Origin: Squalus acanthias | Lineage: Eukaryota | Length of the DNA: 64,000 bases | Direction: 5' to 3' | Assembly (NCBI GenBank): GCA_030390025.1 | Contig: CM059433.1 | Span: forward strand, 133,982,001-134,046,000 | Part shown: positions 12,099 through 25,608 of the stretch, in pieces | Position numbering within the stretch: the first letter of the stretch is position 1 | Layout: each line of letters opens with the position of its first letter | Position numbers and translations under genes: made by a program | The notes under the pieces: model-generated | What the model was told of the DNA's origin: nothing | Databases searched by the model: none | The model's input: the letters and a program-made list of their open reading frames with translations, nothing else

Positions 12099-12902
12099 AT
12101 TGGCTGAGGGAAACTATTTGTAGACACTTCAGTGGAGGACAAGTGGAACAACTTCAAAGGCATACTCAAGAGCTTTAAAGATAAATATATATCTAGGACT
12201 AGCAAGTGTAGGTTAAACAAGCATGCTCCAAAATGGATAAACAAGGCCAGACTGTTAGAAGTGAAATATGGAACCTAATTCCACAAAGCTGGCCAGGAGA
12301 AAGGTGTGGGAGTGCACTTCAAGAAATACAGGATCACTCCAAAATATGCTTGAAGAGTGGGAAGAGGAGGAAAGAAAAATCTAGAAATAGAAACAGCTAC
12401 AGATGCTAAACACAGCAGTGAGAAATTGCTCCAGTACTATAATAGCACGAGCACTGTTGGCGAAAAGGTAAGAACCTTAAAGGATGATAACTGAGACAAA
12501 ACAGAGGATAAATAAAAACTATTACTTAATACTTCTTAGAGGTATTCATTAGAGAGCATGATAGGCACAGATAACCCCAACTAGCCGTATAAACTTCAAA
12601 TTATTGAGACGGCGGTTGTAGATAGACTTGCAAAGCTCAAAACAAACAAATCTGTGGGGACTGATGCTATTTATCTCAGAGTACCAAGAGAGACAAGTGA
12701 TTAAATTTATAAAGTGGTGATTACCATTATGAGAGGATCATTGAACACTGTGGAGATTCAACTCGATTGGAAACGAGTTAATGTAGTACTCAAATTCAAA
12801 TAGATGACAGATCTAATATGGGAAACTACAGATTCATTAGACCTACAGGAATGACAGGTAAAGTAATGGAATCAATTTTTAAAAATACATTCAATTATCT
12901 GT

Positions 12903-13368
12903 AAAAAAAAAGACTTGTATTTATATAGCGCCTTTCATGACGACCGGACGTCTCAAAGCGCTTTACAGCCAATGAAGTACTTTTGAAGTGTAGTCACTGT
13001 TGTAATGTGGGAAACATGGCAGCCAATTTGTGCACAGCAATGTCCCACAAACAGCAATGTGATAATGACCAGATAATCTGTTTTTGTTATGTTGGTTGAG
13101 GGATAAATATTGGCCAGGACACCAGGGATAACTCCCCTGCTCTTCTTCAAAATAGTGCCATGGGATCTTTTACGACCACCTGAGAGAGCAGACAGGGCCT
13201 CGGTTTAACGTCTCATCCGAAAGACGGCACCTCCGACAGTCCAGCACTCCCTCAGCACTGCGGAGTGTCAGCCCAGCTTTATCTGTTCAAATCCCTGAAG
13301 TGGGACTTGAACTCACAACCTTCTGACGCAGAAGGCGAGTGTGCTACCAACTGAGCCACGGCTGACAC
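12903..13368 (-). mobile_element. Full-length DeuSINE (SacSINE1-like, tRNA head, L2-like tail)
   Basis: A box TGGCTCAGTTGG, B box GTTCAAGTC, Deu domain ggtgccgtctttcggatgagacgttaaaccgaggcc, tail aaaggcgctatataaatacaag. Confidence 0.88.
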
Positions 13369-14279
13369 TGACAATAATAATTTAGTAAATAACAGCCCAG
13401 TACAGTCACAGAAGGGGAAGATTCTGCCTGACCAATCTCTGACTTTTTTCGACTGTAGTCTACCTTATGCCATGGTGTATGGAGACTTCCAAAAAGCTTC
13501 GACAAACTTCTTCATGAAAGGCTGCTGCGTATGCTATCAGCACTAAAATTCATGGTCAAACTTAGAAATGAATAAGTGGCTAAAATAGAGAAAGCAGTGG
13601 GTACTTTTTAAAGAGGAGCAATGCCAAGGGGAAAGAGTACTGAGTGAACTATCCCATGGCACCTTGTGCTGGGACCCCTACTATTTCTGATTTATATTAA
13701 TGACTTGGACTCAAACTCAATGCAAAGTGATCAAGTTTGCCAATGATACCAAACTTTGGAGGGGGAAGAAGGGAGTTGGAACAGCACCTACAAAAGGAGT
13801 TTAATAAGATCTGTAACTAGGCAGAGCATTAGTATGTGAAATGTAATAGTAGTATTAGTGTGAAGTACTGTACAATGAGAAAATGGGTAACATACATGCT
13901 TTGTGATATAAAAATAGCTGAAAGAGATCTGGGGGTGAAAGTTGGCTCAGCACTTACCATGTCAAAGCACTGGAGAAGCAGTTAACAAAGCAAACAGAAT
14001 GCTGAACTACCACCAACCAGTAGAGTATAAATCAAAGACAGTCATGCTTGAACTGTACAGTCAGACTGCACTTTGAGTATTGTGTTCAATTTGTCAGCAA
14101 GATGCAAAGAAACATTTGAGCTCTGGAGGCTGTGAAGAACAGGCTGATCCTCATTATTAGAGAACCGAACTAGGAGGGTAGGTTCGAGAAACTGGGTGCT
14201 TCATTTTTGGAAGAAAGCAACTAAGAGGGACCTTACAGAAGTATGCAAGATGCTAAATAGTATAATCAGTTTATAACAG

Positions 14280-14355
14280 CTTCTGAAGGGTAATTAGGGA
14301 TGGCCAATTAATGCTAGCCTTGCCAGCGACACCCACATCCCGTGAATGAATAAGT
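14280..14355 (+). mobile_element. 3' tail fragment of the tRNA-headed LINE/SINE family
   Basis: aattagggatggccaattaatgctagccttgccagcgacacccacatcccgtgaatgaataa matches the tails at 25100-25165 and 29210-29277. Confidence 0.8.
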
Positions 14356-15989
14356 AAACAACAATAAAGCTGAGTAAGAGGACGCAGGTTTAAACTGGTG
14401 AGGGGTAAATTTCAAGCCCAACCCACTAAGCTGCTGCTAATTTGCCACTTACTGGCATCAACTAGACAATATTATTCAAAGAGGCCATAAGGATGGCTGC
14501 AGTGGGAAACAAAAAAGTTAGCTCCAGCATGGCAAGAGGAAATCATGGAAACTGAATTAATGCACATTGTTGTACCAGGCTACAAATGGTTCTGAGGTAC
14601 ACCTACCCGGTGTGATGGCTCACCCATAAATTACAGACTAGGTTATACATATTGCAATGGTGATATGGGATTGAGGGGTAGGGGTAGGTGGAGAAACTGA
14701 AAATCATTAGTTTTTCCAAACGAGACCACTTTAGTTCACAGAGCTGACCTACATATTTATTTCACATCAAGAATGCACTGAAGTCACTTGTATGCTTACG
14801 TGATGTATTTTAGTTTGTGGAAAGGAGTGGGAGGTTCCTGAAAGCTTGCAAACAGGGTTCCACATCCCAGAAATAATGGGTTATTTCAGAATGCAGCAGC
14901 TGCTGTACAGAAATGTAAAAATAAGTTTACCATGTTTACATTATCATGAATAAACAGAAACTCCATATGTAGGGACATGCTCTTTTCAGCTCAGCTTTTT
15001 TTTTTAAATGACAGAAACTTTTCCTATTTTGCTTCAAAAGATGTTCTGGAGAAAAAAGTCACTCTTATGCAGTGAAAATTAAAGGTAGGATTGGAGGGTA
15101 GGAATTTATCTTACATTTGTGTAACAAAACTGGCAAATACTTAGGGGCACTTTGTTTTGTTAGTTTATGTTGTAATATATTTTACATTATTCATTGGTGT
15201 ACTAGAAAGGAGGTAACTACAGACAACACCAGGCCACAGATCTCCAGAAACTCGTAAACAATCTCAATATTTCAGGAAACCATCATAGAGAGAAAAAAAG
15301 TCAACAGTGATCAGGAGCAATGTTAAAATCCATGAATTTATCAGCAAAAAGTGGTTACAAAGTGAAATAGGAGCAGCTCATCCGTGTGGTTAATATGAAT
15401 TGTTAGCTGTGATGTGCAATTTCAATGTTTAATATAAATGTTTGCACATTCAGGGAAGTAAATCATTTGGGTATCCAATGCTGTTTTAAGCATTCCCAAT
15501 GTCTCTTCTACAATGGCAGGTTATTTAGCCCTCGGAGTAAGTATTTCCTAATGTCTCTCACTTTTTTCTATTTATGTTCTTTTAGTCCTCCTTTCTTGGC
15601 CCACTTTGAAGCAATATTCAGGGTTTACCTTAGCCATGCCCCTTAATATTTTACATGAGGTCCTCCTGAACCACCACCTTTCTAAAGCAAGGGTGTCTCA
15701 ACTATAGCTCTTGGATTAAATGCAACCCTCCTCTCAAAGTCCAAGTAATGTATTTATAATTCTTGCTCACTGCTTTGTCCGGTTTAAATTTTGTAAATCT
15801 AAAGGTTCAGAAGGGCTGTTCTTAACCCTGTTGCCTCATTGGTGAATAAAACATAAACCAGAACAACCTGTTAGAATCAGCAGCTTGAGATATATACAAA
15901 TGAATGGGAATAGATTTAAACTTTATATGTGGTCCACAAAGGCACCACGATATGCACCTAGGTATCACTGCATGGACATTTCTGCTGTA

Positions 15990-16500
15990 AACCATTGTTT
16001 ATTAAACCAGAGTGCCTAGATCTTCAGGAATCTGTGAGGGGGACACGAGCAGATGAACAGGGCCATCAGATTTCTGTATTTGTTCACTTACCGACATGTA
16101 TGCTAATCAAAGCACCATTTCACTTTGTTGACACTGCCTTTCAGAAGGTAAGGGGGAGAGGGGTCAGCATTTGCAGGGGCTCTCTGGGAATTGCCAATAT
16201 TTACTGAGAGTCCCCCACACATTAAAGTTTGAAAATCACCTTTTCCTTCTGTAATTGTTTCCTCATAGCTCAACCCCATCAGACTTGGGATAAGTCTTAC
16301 CTTCTGTACCCTTTCGAATGCTTGTGTACAGTATCTTTCTTGTGGGTTGCTGACCAGAATTGCTGACCAGTACTCCAAAGGTGGCCTGGTCAGTGCATTG
16401 TAAAGTCATAGCATAACCTCTGTAAGACTTGTATTCCATCATTCTGGCTGTCTATCTGGGCAATGCTGCCATTAATTATTTCACCACATTGAAGTCTACA
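15990..16500 (-). mobile_element. Old CR1 C-terminal fragment
   Basis: ORF 16103-16378 (LEYWSAILV...QAFERVQKVRLIPSLMGLSYEE) is a decayed version of CR1 LEYCVQFW...LERVQRR...LSYEE. Confidence 0.65.
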
Positions 16501-16502
16501 AT

Positions 16503-17040
16503 TTTGGTCTCCTTACCTAAGGAAGGATATACTTGCCATGGAGGAAGTGCAACGAAGGTTCACGAGATTGATTCCTGGGATGGCGGGACTGTCGTATGAG
16601 AAGAGATTGAGTAAACTAGGCCTGTATTCTCTTGAATTCAGAAGAATGAGAGGGGATCTCATTGAAGCATACAAAATTATTACAGGGCTTGATCGGGTGG
16701 ATGCTGGGAGAATGTTTCCCTTGGCTGGGGAGTCTAGAACCAGGGGCCACAGCCTCAGGATAAAGGGTAGGCCATTCAGGACTGAGATGAGAAGAAATTT
16801 CTTCACACAGAGGGTGGTGAATCTTTGGAATTCTCTACCCCAGAGGGCTGTGGAGGCTCAGTCATTGGGTATATTCAAAACAGAAGTCGATAGATTTCTG
16901 ACTAGTAAGGGCATCAAGGGATATGGCGATAGGGCCGGTGAATGGAGTTGAGGCAGAAGATCAGCCATGATCTCATTGAATGGCGGAGCAGGCTCGAAGG
17001 GCCGAATGGTCTACTCCTGCTCCTATTTCTTATGTCTATG
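16503..17040 (+). mobile_element. Young CR1 3' fragment with an intact C-terminal frame
   Basis: ORF 16538-16951 is open to the natural stop (...GIKGYGDRAGEWS); canonical tail gatcagccatgatc...cctatttcttatgt. Confidence 0.95.
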
Positions 17041-17934
17041 TGATACACTCACCATAACTACACACTTAAACAAAAAAAACACAAGGAAAAAGTGTTGACA
17101 GAAATGATTAAGTTTGGCACACTATCCGACAGCCTAACAACTTATTGAAACTCTTCCGCACCAACAACAACTTGCATTTATATAGAGCTTTTAATGTCAT
17201 AAAGTAACTGGCAAGGCAAGCTGAAAACCCAGGCATATACCCTCACTGTTTCTATTGAGAAAATTATCTTTTCCATCTAATGGATGCATATCATTTTCTA
17301 CATCTGTCCAAATAAAATGGGGGTTCCCACAATTTGTAGAGATTGTTGTCAAGTTTTTACAGCTCTATATTTTCTCCTTGAGCCAGCAAGGACTTCCTCA
17401 TAAAGTTAGACTGGTTCAAACAAACAGGCAGCACCCAACCTTAATCTAAGTTTAACAGAATCATGTGGTGTTTCTCTTTTGGAAGTTAAGATAAGGGATC
17501 CCTCACAGAGAAAAAGGTTGAAAACTACATTGCTGAGTAAAGTGACATTGTCAGGATCCAACAGATGTAGTTCAAGCTAATCTAATCCTGTTTATCAAAC
17601 CATTTAAAAATAACAATTCAGAAAACTGAAATGGAAACAACTTCACAGCACCCGATGGTTTTCAATAAAGGGATCAACTTATTCTGGTAAGTGTAAGATT
17701 CCATTACAGAAAACCATCTTATGAAAAAGGGTACTGCAATATAATAAACACACTTACATATAGTCAAAATATACTATAAGTGAGGACTCTATATCATTCT
17801 TTACTTACTACTGCCAAATTACAGGGATTATAAAACGATTACCAGCAAAAGCAGAGGTTGCAATCATTTTGTAAATTCAATTAAACCACTAAATGTCATA
17901 ATTGCCCTTGTTATCAATAAATCAGAAAGTTTTT

Positions 17935-18325
17935 TTTTCAAGTTTCAAAATCCTGGTCCTCGTTTACAAATCCCTCCATGGCCTCATTGCCCACCCCCAC
18001 ATCTGCAACCTCCTGCAGCACCACAACTCAGCTTCTGCCCTCCGCTCTTCCGAAACTGGCCTTCTGTACACCCTCCTTCCACCCTGCCCGACCATTGTCG
18101 GCACCGTCTTCAGCCATCTCACCCACCCTGGCCACCTCCACTCACTTCCTAAAACCCTCTCCCTTGCAACCTCTTCCCCCACCTTCAAAAATCTTCTCCA
18201 AACCTACCTTTTCGTATGAACCTTCAGTGACTTTCTCTAATTCTTTTAATTCCTGCTCCATATGTAATCGCTCCTGAAATGTCAGGACATTTTCTTACAA
18301 TAAAGGAGGTACATTAAAGCCGCTT
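17935..18325 (+). mobile_element. L2 LINE 3' fragment
   Basis: Encodes FKILVLVYKSLHGL...LRSSETGLL...FKNLLQTYLF, a typical L2 ORF2 C-terminus, followed by a decayed taaaggaggtacattaaagc tail. Confidence 0.8.
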
Positions 18326-18559
18326 AATGTTATTCTTCAGTTACTAGTTTCCTGGACAAGTTGAACTGAAAGGTACAGGTCCAGAAAGAAGAAATGTGGA
18401 ACATGCAATTTATGTTACATTTTCTTAATTTCTTTTAGTTCACTTTTCAGTTCTTCAGAATGCTGCAAGGGATTAGGAACTCAAAATCTAACAGTGGAGA
18501 GTTCGGAGCAGCTCTAACTGATGCATCAAAATGCCTGCTCATGAGGTTTTCTGAAGAGA

Positions 18560-19040
18560 AATAAAAGCTCCTCAATGTACAGGTGATTAAAGCAGTCTCC
18601 ATGTTTAACTAAATGAATATACAACAGAATCAGCTGCTAAGTGCAGGATACTATTTTTATCCCACTTGTGAGAAAGTTAATAAATTGTTCGACAAACCTG
18701 ATCGTTTCTTGAAGGCACTAGAACAGTAGATCAGGAAGATCCCAAACACATCATCCACTTAGATTACCAAAAAAAGCTTTTGTTAAAGTGCCACAAGGGA
18801 CTGTGTGCTTAAAATAAGTCCCATGGCATCAAGAGTGATACTGAGTGAACAAAATTTCAGAGGCGTTAATAGGACTGAATCCTTGCAATCCTTCAAGAAG
18901 GTGCGAGATGCATTTTTGGAAAACTACGAGATCACAGCAGAGGAAAGTAAGATTTTGGGTAATAACCAATAGGCTTGAGGCGTCTGAGAGTAATCTTTCA
19001 GAAAGAATTTCTGATTGGTTTCATCTATATCTCCTTTTGG
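18560..19040 (+). mobile_element. Old CR1 fragments
   Basis: acttagattaccaaaaaaagcttttgttaaagtgccaca (LDYQKAF.KVP), followed by a 3'-end-like tccttcaagaaggtgcgagatgcattttt. Confidence 0.55.
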
Positions 19041-19734
19041 TCTCTCTCAGGTGGTCTGATCCAGGGGAGAAGGAAAGATGGGGATGAATTCAGTAAGAAA
19101 GAGGGTAAGCATGTATGGGCCTTTTCTCCTAAGTACATAACACAATGTACATATTGTAATGCAATCATTACTTGACAGTTACTCAGTCTTCTTCCTTCAT
19201 GGAAATGGAGGAAAAGAGAAAATAAAAGTAGCAGTCACATAATGTATCTTTTTATAACATGGGCTGGAGAAGATCTAAGATCTAGTTAGGATAATTTGTT
19301 CAAAGTTGCCATGACAATATAATTGGACTTAAAACTGCTAGCAGAGCAACTCAGACAGGATTTGGGTTCGGTCCATTTTAACAGTTTATGTTTCAGAAAC
19401 TAAAACACTGAGCTCTCTATAAAAGTGTTATTCGATACAATTAAAGCGGCTGACTGGACAACAATGAAAAAATTCTCTCAGTCTGTGGTACCTCTGATAC
19501 ACAGAAAGCTTACACTGATGAGTGCTATTAATAGAAGCGTTTCTCCTCCTCCTTTCCAGCCGCTGGTGCAACTTAGATCAGTTGTGCCAATTTGCCCAGC
19601 AAGAAGCAACATTTGCTTTTTTTTAAAGCATCGCAAGCAGGGAAACTAGCACAAATAGTTTTGAGATTTCTTCAAGCCAATTTGGAAACAAAATTAAAAA
19701 GGTTTGAAGGAAACAGTAATTTAAGAAAAAAATG

Positions 19735-20228
19735 TTAGTTAGCCAATCCTCTATCCATGCTAATATATTACCCCCAACCCCGTGAGCTCTTATCTTGTGT
19801 AGTAACCTTTTATGTGGCACCTTATCGAATGCCTTCTGGAAATCCAAATACACGACATCTACTGGTTCCCCTTTATCCACCCTGCTCGCTACATCCTCAA
19901 AGAACTCCAGCAAATTTGTCAAACATGATTTCCCTTTCATAAAACCATGCTGACTCTGCTCGACTATATTATGATTTTTTAAATGTCCTGCTATCACTTC
20001 CTTAATGATGGACTCCAGCATTTTCCCAATGACAGATGTTAGGCTAACTGGTCGATAGTTGCCTGCTTTCTGTCTCCCTCCTTTCTTAAATAAGGGCGTT
20101 ACATTTGCGGTTTTCCAGTCCACTGGGACCTCTCCAGAATCCAGGGAATTCTGGTAGATTACAACTAATGCACCCACTATCTCTGCAGCCACCTCTTTTA
20201 AGACTCTAGGATGCACGCCATCGGGTCC
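19735..20228 (-). mobile_element. CR1 internal RT fragment with an open frame
   Basis: Encodes GPDGVHPRVLKE...GNYRPVSLTS...CLTNLLEFFE...DFQKAFDKVPHKRL...WIEDWLTN. Confidence 0.95.
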
Positions 20229-21167
20229 AAACAAACTATTTGAATCAAATTAACAAGGGGAAACAACAGTAAACATTCACATTTTCTGTTTAACAATATA
20301 GCCAAAGAATATGTTGACAGAATTCATGCTACAGTATTTTAAAATTAACCGCAGTTTAAAATAATAGAATTCTATAATACCAACACTGCACTAATTAATG
20401 CAGTGTTGCTTTAAAGTAACAATTCACAACTTTGTTTCTGCCACTGTACCTTCCCCAAAGAATAGGGAAGATGCATAAAATCACTCTCCTGGCATGTACA
20501 GGCTGTCTGTCTGCTTCCGTTAGCAATCTTTATATTTGTTATTAAAGGCTCTACTGCCTCCAAGGCACATTCGCCGATCACTTCCTCTGGTGGGTCTGGC
20601 ACCCTCCAGGGGCAGGAGCGGTGCCTCATTTAATTTATCATGCCACTGTTGGAGGCAGAGCTGTAAAGCAAATGCAGCATTATGCACCCGGGTTTTAACT
20701 AATTTATGTACAGACACCAACAACCACCCACCCCCCCGCCGCGCCGCCCCCCAGCTCACTTAACAGAAAAAAATGTAACAATCCACAGTAATAAACAGAA
20801 ACAGGCGAAGAATATTAAAGTGAATTCCTTTAAAAATATATTTAAAAAATCAGATGTCAAGAATCTTAAAGCAGCTCTTTTCAAATCCCTTTAAGTTTGG
20901 GAATTAGGAGCAGTTAATGGTAGGCAATGTAAAAATCTGAGTAATGTCACTTCCATTTCAAAGTATTGCTACTCATTTTATATCCAACCACTACTATGGC
21001 CAACACCCCTTACTATCTCCATCCTTTGTCTTTGAGCTACAGGATTTGACTTTCGTCTCTCAGGCAGAGGGAAACCCTTTAAGTGTTTACAACATTAGAC
21101 AGATGAGTTCAAGGCCTGAGCAGCTGCCGGCTGGTTCTTTAAGGAAGCTGATTAACACGTTTCTGTT

Positions 21168-21193
21168 CCCCCCCCCCCCCCCCCCCCCCCCCC
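21168..21193. repeat. Poly-C homopolymer (about 26 nt)
   Basis: Directly visible. A poly-G run of similar type lies at about 4994-5012. Confidence 0.95.
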
Positions 21194-21944
21194 ACCTCAC
21201 TAATAAGGTCACTAGGTTGTGGACAGCTGCGAATGCCAAATTGGTATCTGATCTAACAATTGCCCCCCGAGAACTTTGACCCACAGACCATCAAAGTTAC
21301 ATCTGTTCTCCAAGTAATGGTGTTAGGGAAAAATAAAAAAAACTGATATTTGCCTATGTTTTTGCCTGATCTTTGTTCAAGAGTGATTGCCTACTGATCT
21401 ACTTAGCTTCTTTCAAAATCAACCAGCAGTGTGTGTGTCTACCGATGGGACACACATAGAAGAAATTCAATTCAGCTGCAGTATTAAAAGATCATAGTTC
21501 ATGTTGCACCTGAGTATTTAGTTCTGATTAATAAATAGAAATCTTACTGTAGTATCCATATCACTGAGGCTTTTCCATCCAGCCCCTGCTGCAGCTAGTC
21601 TTAGCATGTTCCTGTGGTTTTACATTTGGCTTTCAGCCAGCTACAGTGCACGTGCGTCTGGTGAATGTGGCAGCATTAGCATGGTTCTTGCACAATGTAA
21701 ATGTGCAGTTTAATTTTTTTTAATGTACCCACTGTTAGTCAACACATTAAAAAGACTATTGTGGGAGGGAGTGGGTATCTTACATCCTGCAATTGTTATT
21801 GTTAAGTTTTAAAATTAAATGTTTGTGGGGGTCACTGTAATTGTAAGTTATAGACAGATGGCCAACATTGCAGCATGTTGACACTCAGATATGCCTTGCC
21901 AATGGGGTGATTCATCATGGGGATCCACTGAGCACGTTCCAGTC

Positions 21945-22372
21945 GGGTGTCAGCCTTGGCTCAGTGGTAGCACTGTTGCTTCAGAATCAGAAGATCATTG
22001 GTTCAAGACACACTCCAGGACTTGAGCACAGTCTAGGCTGATACTTCTGTGCAGTACTGAGGGAGTACACTATCGGAGGTGATCTCTTTTGGGCGAGAGA
22101 TTAAAACCAAGGCCCCGGCTTCCTGCTCAGGTGAACGTAAAAGATTGCATGCACTATTTGAAGAGCAAGGATTCCCCCCCACCCCCCTTCCCTCAGCGTC
22201 CTGGCCAATATTTATCCTTCAGCCAATACCACCATAAACAGATTATTTGGTCATTTATCTCACTGCTGTCACATTTCCATTACAACAATGACTACTCCAA
22301 AAGTGCACTGTAGCATGTTGGGACATCCCGAGGATGTGAAAGGCTTTATATAAATGCAAGTCTTTATTTTTT
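21945..22372 (+). mobile_element. DeuSINE copy, diverged
   Basis: gtgtcagccttggctcagtggtagcac head, Deu domain and aaaggctttatataaatgcaagt tail. Confidence 0.85.
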
Positions 22373-22729
22373 CCTTTGTCCTTGTCTGTGCCCTCAGAAG
22401 GAACCTTGCCACTTTCCCACAATGAGGGAGAGCAAACACTGGGAGCAGAATTGCCCTGAGCCAACAATGGACCTACTGATGCCAGGCCTGAGCAACAATA
22501 GCAGAAGCATGGCTTAGCAGTGGAATGGTGGCATTGTTTAGGAGCTGAATAGTAATGATTGGAGACACATCTTCACCATAGGGATTAGGGCTGATGGTGA
22601 GGAAATGCTTCCTATTTGGCTATATAACAAGTTTTAAATAATATTGCATCAGTACTGAAAGAAACTATTTGTGTTCACTGCAGTAATTTGGTAGAACCAT
22701 AAAGAGCAGATTTAATAAAGCAAAGAAAG

Positions 22730-23203
22730 AAAGAAGAAAGGAAGACTTGCATTTATATAGTGCCTTTCACGACCACCAGACATCTCAAAGCACTTTACAA
22801 CCTATGAGGTACTATTGAAGTGGAGTCACTGTTGTAATGTGGGAAACGCGGCAGCCAATTTGCGCACTGCATGACCCACAAACAGCAATGTGATAATGAC
22901 CAGATAATCTGTTTTTTTGTTATGTTGGTTGAGGGATAAATATTGGCCAGGTCACCGGGGATAACTCCCCTGCTCTTCTTCGAAATAGTGCCATGGGATC
23001 TTTTACGTCCACCTGAGCGAGCAGACGGGGCCTCGGTTTAACGTCTCATCCGAAAGACGGCACCTCCGACAGCGCAGCACTCCCTCAGCACTGCACTGGA
23101 GTGTCAGCCTAGCTTTATGTGCTCAAGTCCCTGGAGTAGGGACTTGAACTCACAACCTTCTGACTCAGAGGCAAGTGTGCTACCAACTGAGCCACAGTTG
23201 ACA
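22730..23203 (-). mobile_element. Full-length young DeuSINE
   Basis: Highly similar to 12903-13368 with CpGs retained; (TTTC)-type tail. Confidence 0.9.
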
Positions 23204-23431
23204 CTCGAGCTCAAGAGCTACCAAGTCACCTGTGTAGCTATTAAAATATAATTTCCAATTATGAACCAGAATTAAATATTTAGGCATAGGATGAGCTGTG
23301 ATCTTTTAATACTGCAGCTTAACTAGATTTCTTTTCACTTACTGCTGCTCGGGATCACTGTGGCACAAGCACAATATGAAAGCACCTGAAATGAATAACT
23401 CAACGGCATGATGAAAGATACCCTGCACCAC

Positions 23432-23903
23432 TTTTTTTTTTAATTTGTTCACGGGATGTGGGCGTCGCTGGCAAGGCCAGCATTTATTGCCCATCCCTAA
23501 TTGCCCTTGAGAAGGTGGTGGTGAGCCACTTTCTTGAACCGCTGCAGTCTGTGTGGTGAAAGTACTCCCAACAGTGTTAACTTTGTTGTAGCTGTTTGGT
23601 ACAACTGAGTGGCTTGCAGAGGGCAGTTAAGAGTCAACCACATTGCTGTGGGTCACATATAGGCCAGACCGGGTAAGGATGGCAGATTTCCTTCTCTAAA
23701 GGGTTCAAACCAGATGAGTTTTTACGACAATCCAGTAGTTTCATGGTCACCATTACTGATACTGGCTTTTATTCCAGATTCATTTAATTGACTGAATTTA
23801 ATTCCCCAGCTGCCGTGGATGGGATTTGAACTCACGTCTCTGGATCATTTGTGCAGGCCTCTGGATACCAGTCCAGTAACATAACCACTATGTTACCGTT
23901 CCC
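23432..23903 (-). mobile_element. tRNA-headed short element (head plus LINE 3' tail of about 150 nt)
   Basis: Head ggtaacatagtggttatgttactggac...gagttcaaatccc matches 63560-63871; the tail matches the LINE 3' end at 29130-29277. Confidence 0.85.
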
Positions 23904-24379
23904 AGTACTTTAAAGCTTCTCAACAAAAACAGGTTTTTATGAATGTTAAGCTGCACTTTGGATGGCTGTATTTTTATGTAATAGTTTTAGACAGAGAAAT
24001 CACAGGCATAAATATGTACAGCCTATTTGTGCATCAAAGTGCTCAAATATTTACCCAAGATAACATCCAGACTAAGGCGTACTACAAAATCTGTATCACA
24101 GGAGTTCAGATGACACTGTAAGCTAGCTTCTCAAAATCATCTGAAACCAAATCATCAGATCTTTGAAACATAAATTTGTGGACTACATAACTTGCTTTTA
24201 ACAAGTTTGTTTTGGTGGTGGTGAGAATCATCAGATCTCACAATGAAACCATGCTGCACTGCCCGATGTGGCGTTCACAGATCCTGGTTTTCATTTCAGT
24301 ATAGCTCAAGGAAAATAGCAGAATCTGCATGCATTATATTCTAATGGCTGCCTCCCCTTCCTTATTTCAATTCAACCAA

Positions 24380-25527
24380 ATCCTTCCCAATGACAACTTG
24401 GACTCAGAAGCTCAAAGCAAACTGATCAAACTTGCAGACAATATCAACCTAGAAGGAGGAGCCGAATCTCAAGTGGCAGCCTTGAAATTACAAAGCATTA
24501 AACAAAATATGTAAGTTGGCAGAACAACAGCAGATGAAATTATATCCAGACGTGTAATAAAATGCTAATGGAATATTGGCCTTTATCTCAGGGGGGTTGG
24601 CTTTAGTTGTACAGAGCCTTGGTCAAACCCCATCTGGAATACTGCGTTCAGTTTTGGCCACCGCACCTCAGGAAGTATATATTGGCTTTGGAAGGGGTAC
24701 AGTTCAGATTCACTATAATTATACCAGGTCTTAAAGGATTAAATTATGAGGACAGGTTGCATAAACTTGGCTTGTATTCCCTTAAATGTAGAAGGGTAAG
24801 GAGTGATCTTTAGAGGCCAGGGCTAATAATCCGGCGACGTGAGTTCAAATCCCACCACGGCAGCTATGGAATTTAAATTCAGTTAATTTAAAAAATCTGG
24901 AATGAAAAGCTGGTATCAGTAATGGTGACCATGTACCAGATTGTCGTAAAAACCCATCTGGTTCGCTAATGTCCTTCAGGGAAGGAAATCTGCCGTCCTT
25001 ATCTGATCTAACCTATATGTGACTCCAGACACACAGCAATATGGTTGACTCTTAACTGCCCTCTGAAATGGCGGCTCACCGCCATCTTCTCAAAAGCATA
25101 AATAGGGATGGGCAATAAATGCTGGCCTTGCCGGCGACACCCACATCCCATGAACGAATTAAAAGATCTAACATAGGTGTTTAAAATGATAAATGGATTC
25201 AATAGGGTACAGAATCTATTTCCTCTGGTGAGGGAAATCCAGGATAAGGGGGCATAATCTTAAAATCAAAGGAGTGAAATCAGGAAGCACTTCTTCACAC
25301 AAAGGGAACTGGAAATCTGAAATTCTCTCCCCCAAAAGACTAAGAGTGCTGGGTCAATTGAAATTTTCAAGACTGAGATCAACAGATTTTTTATTTGATA
25401 AGGGCATCAAGGGATAGGGATCAAAGGTGGGTAAATGGAATTGAAGTACAGATCAGCCATTATCTAACTGAATGGTGGAACAGGCTCAAGGGGTTAAATA
25501 GCCTGCTCCTGTTCCTCGCTTCCTAAT
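24380..25527 (+). mobile_element. CR1 3' region, interrupted by a tRNA-headed short element
   Basis: ORF 24607-24813 encodes YRALVKPHLEYCVQFW...LGLYSL; CR1 resumes at about 25166 (possible gatct TSD) and ends in the gatcagccat...cctgctcct tail. Confidence 0.85.
24813..25165 (+). mobile_element. tRNA-headed short element, 5'-clipped (head plus LINE tail of about 90 nt)
   Basis: B box gagttcaaatccc, body cccatctggttcgctaatgtccttcagggaaggaaatctgcc, tail gggcaataaatgctggccttgcc...catgaacgaat. Confidence 0.85.
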
Positions 25528-25608
25528 ATACCAAACAGAAGGAGGAAAAAAAACAGGTATCATGAGTACTCCATGAATGGCACTAAGGATAAATTTGAAA
25601 GAGATCTA

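Larger units (their letters stand above)
12100..14420 (+). mobile_element. Old, highly degraded CR1 ORF2 with SINE and LINE-tail insertions
   Basis: Collinear decayed CR1 motifs: ggaaactacagattcattag (GNYR), gacttccaaaaagcttcgacaaa (DFQKAFDK), tatattaatgacttggac (YINDLD), aagtttgccaatgataccaaa (KFADDTK-like), tattgtgttcaattt (YCVQF). Confidence 0.8.
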
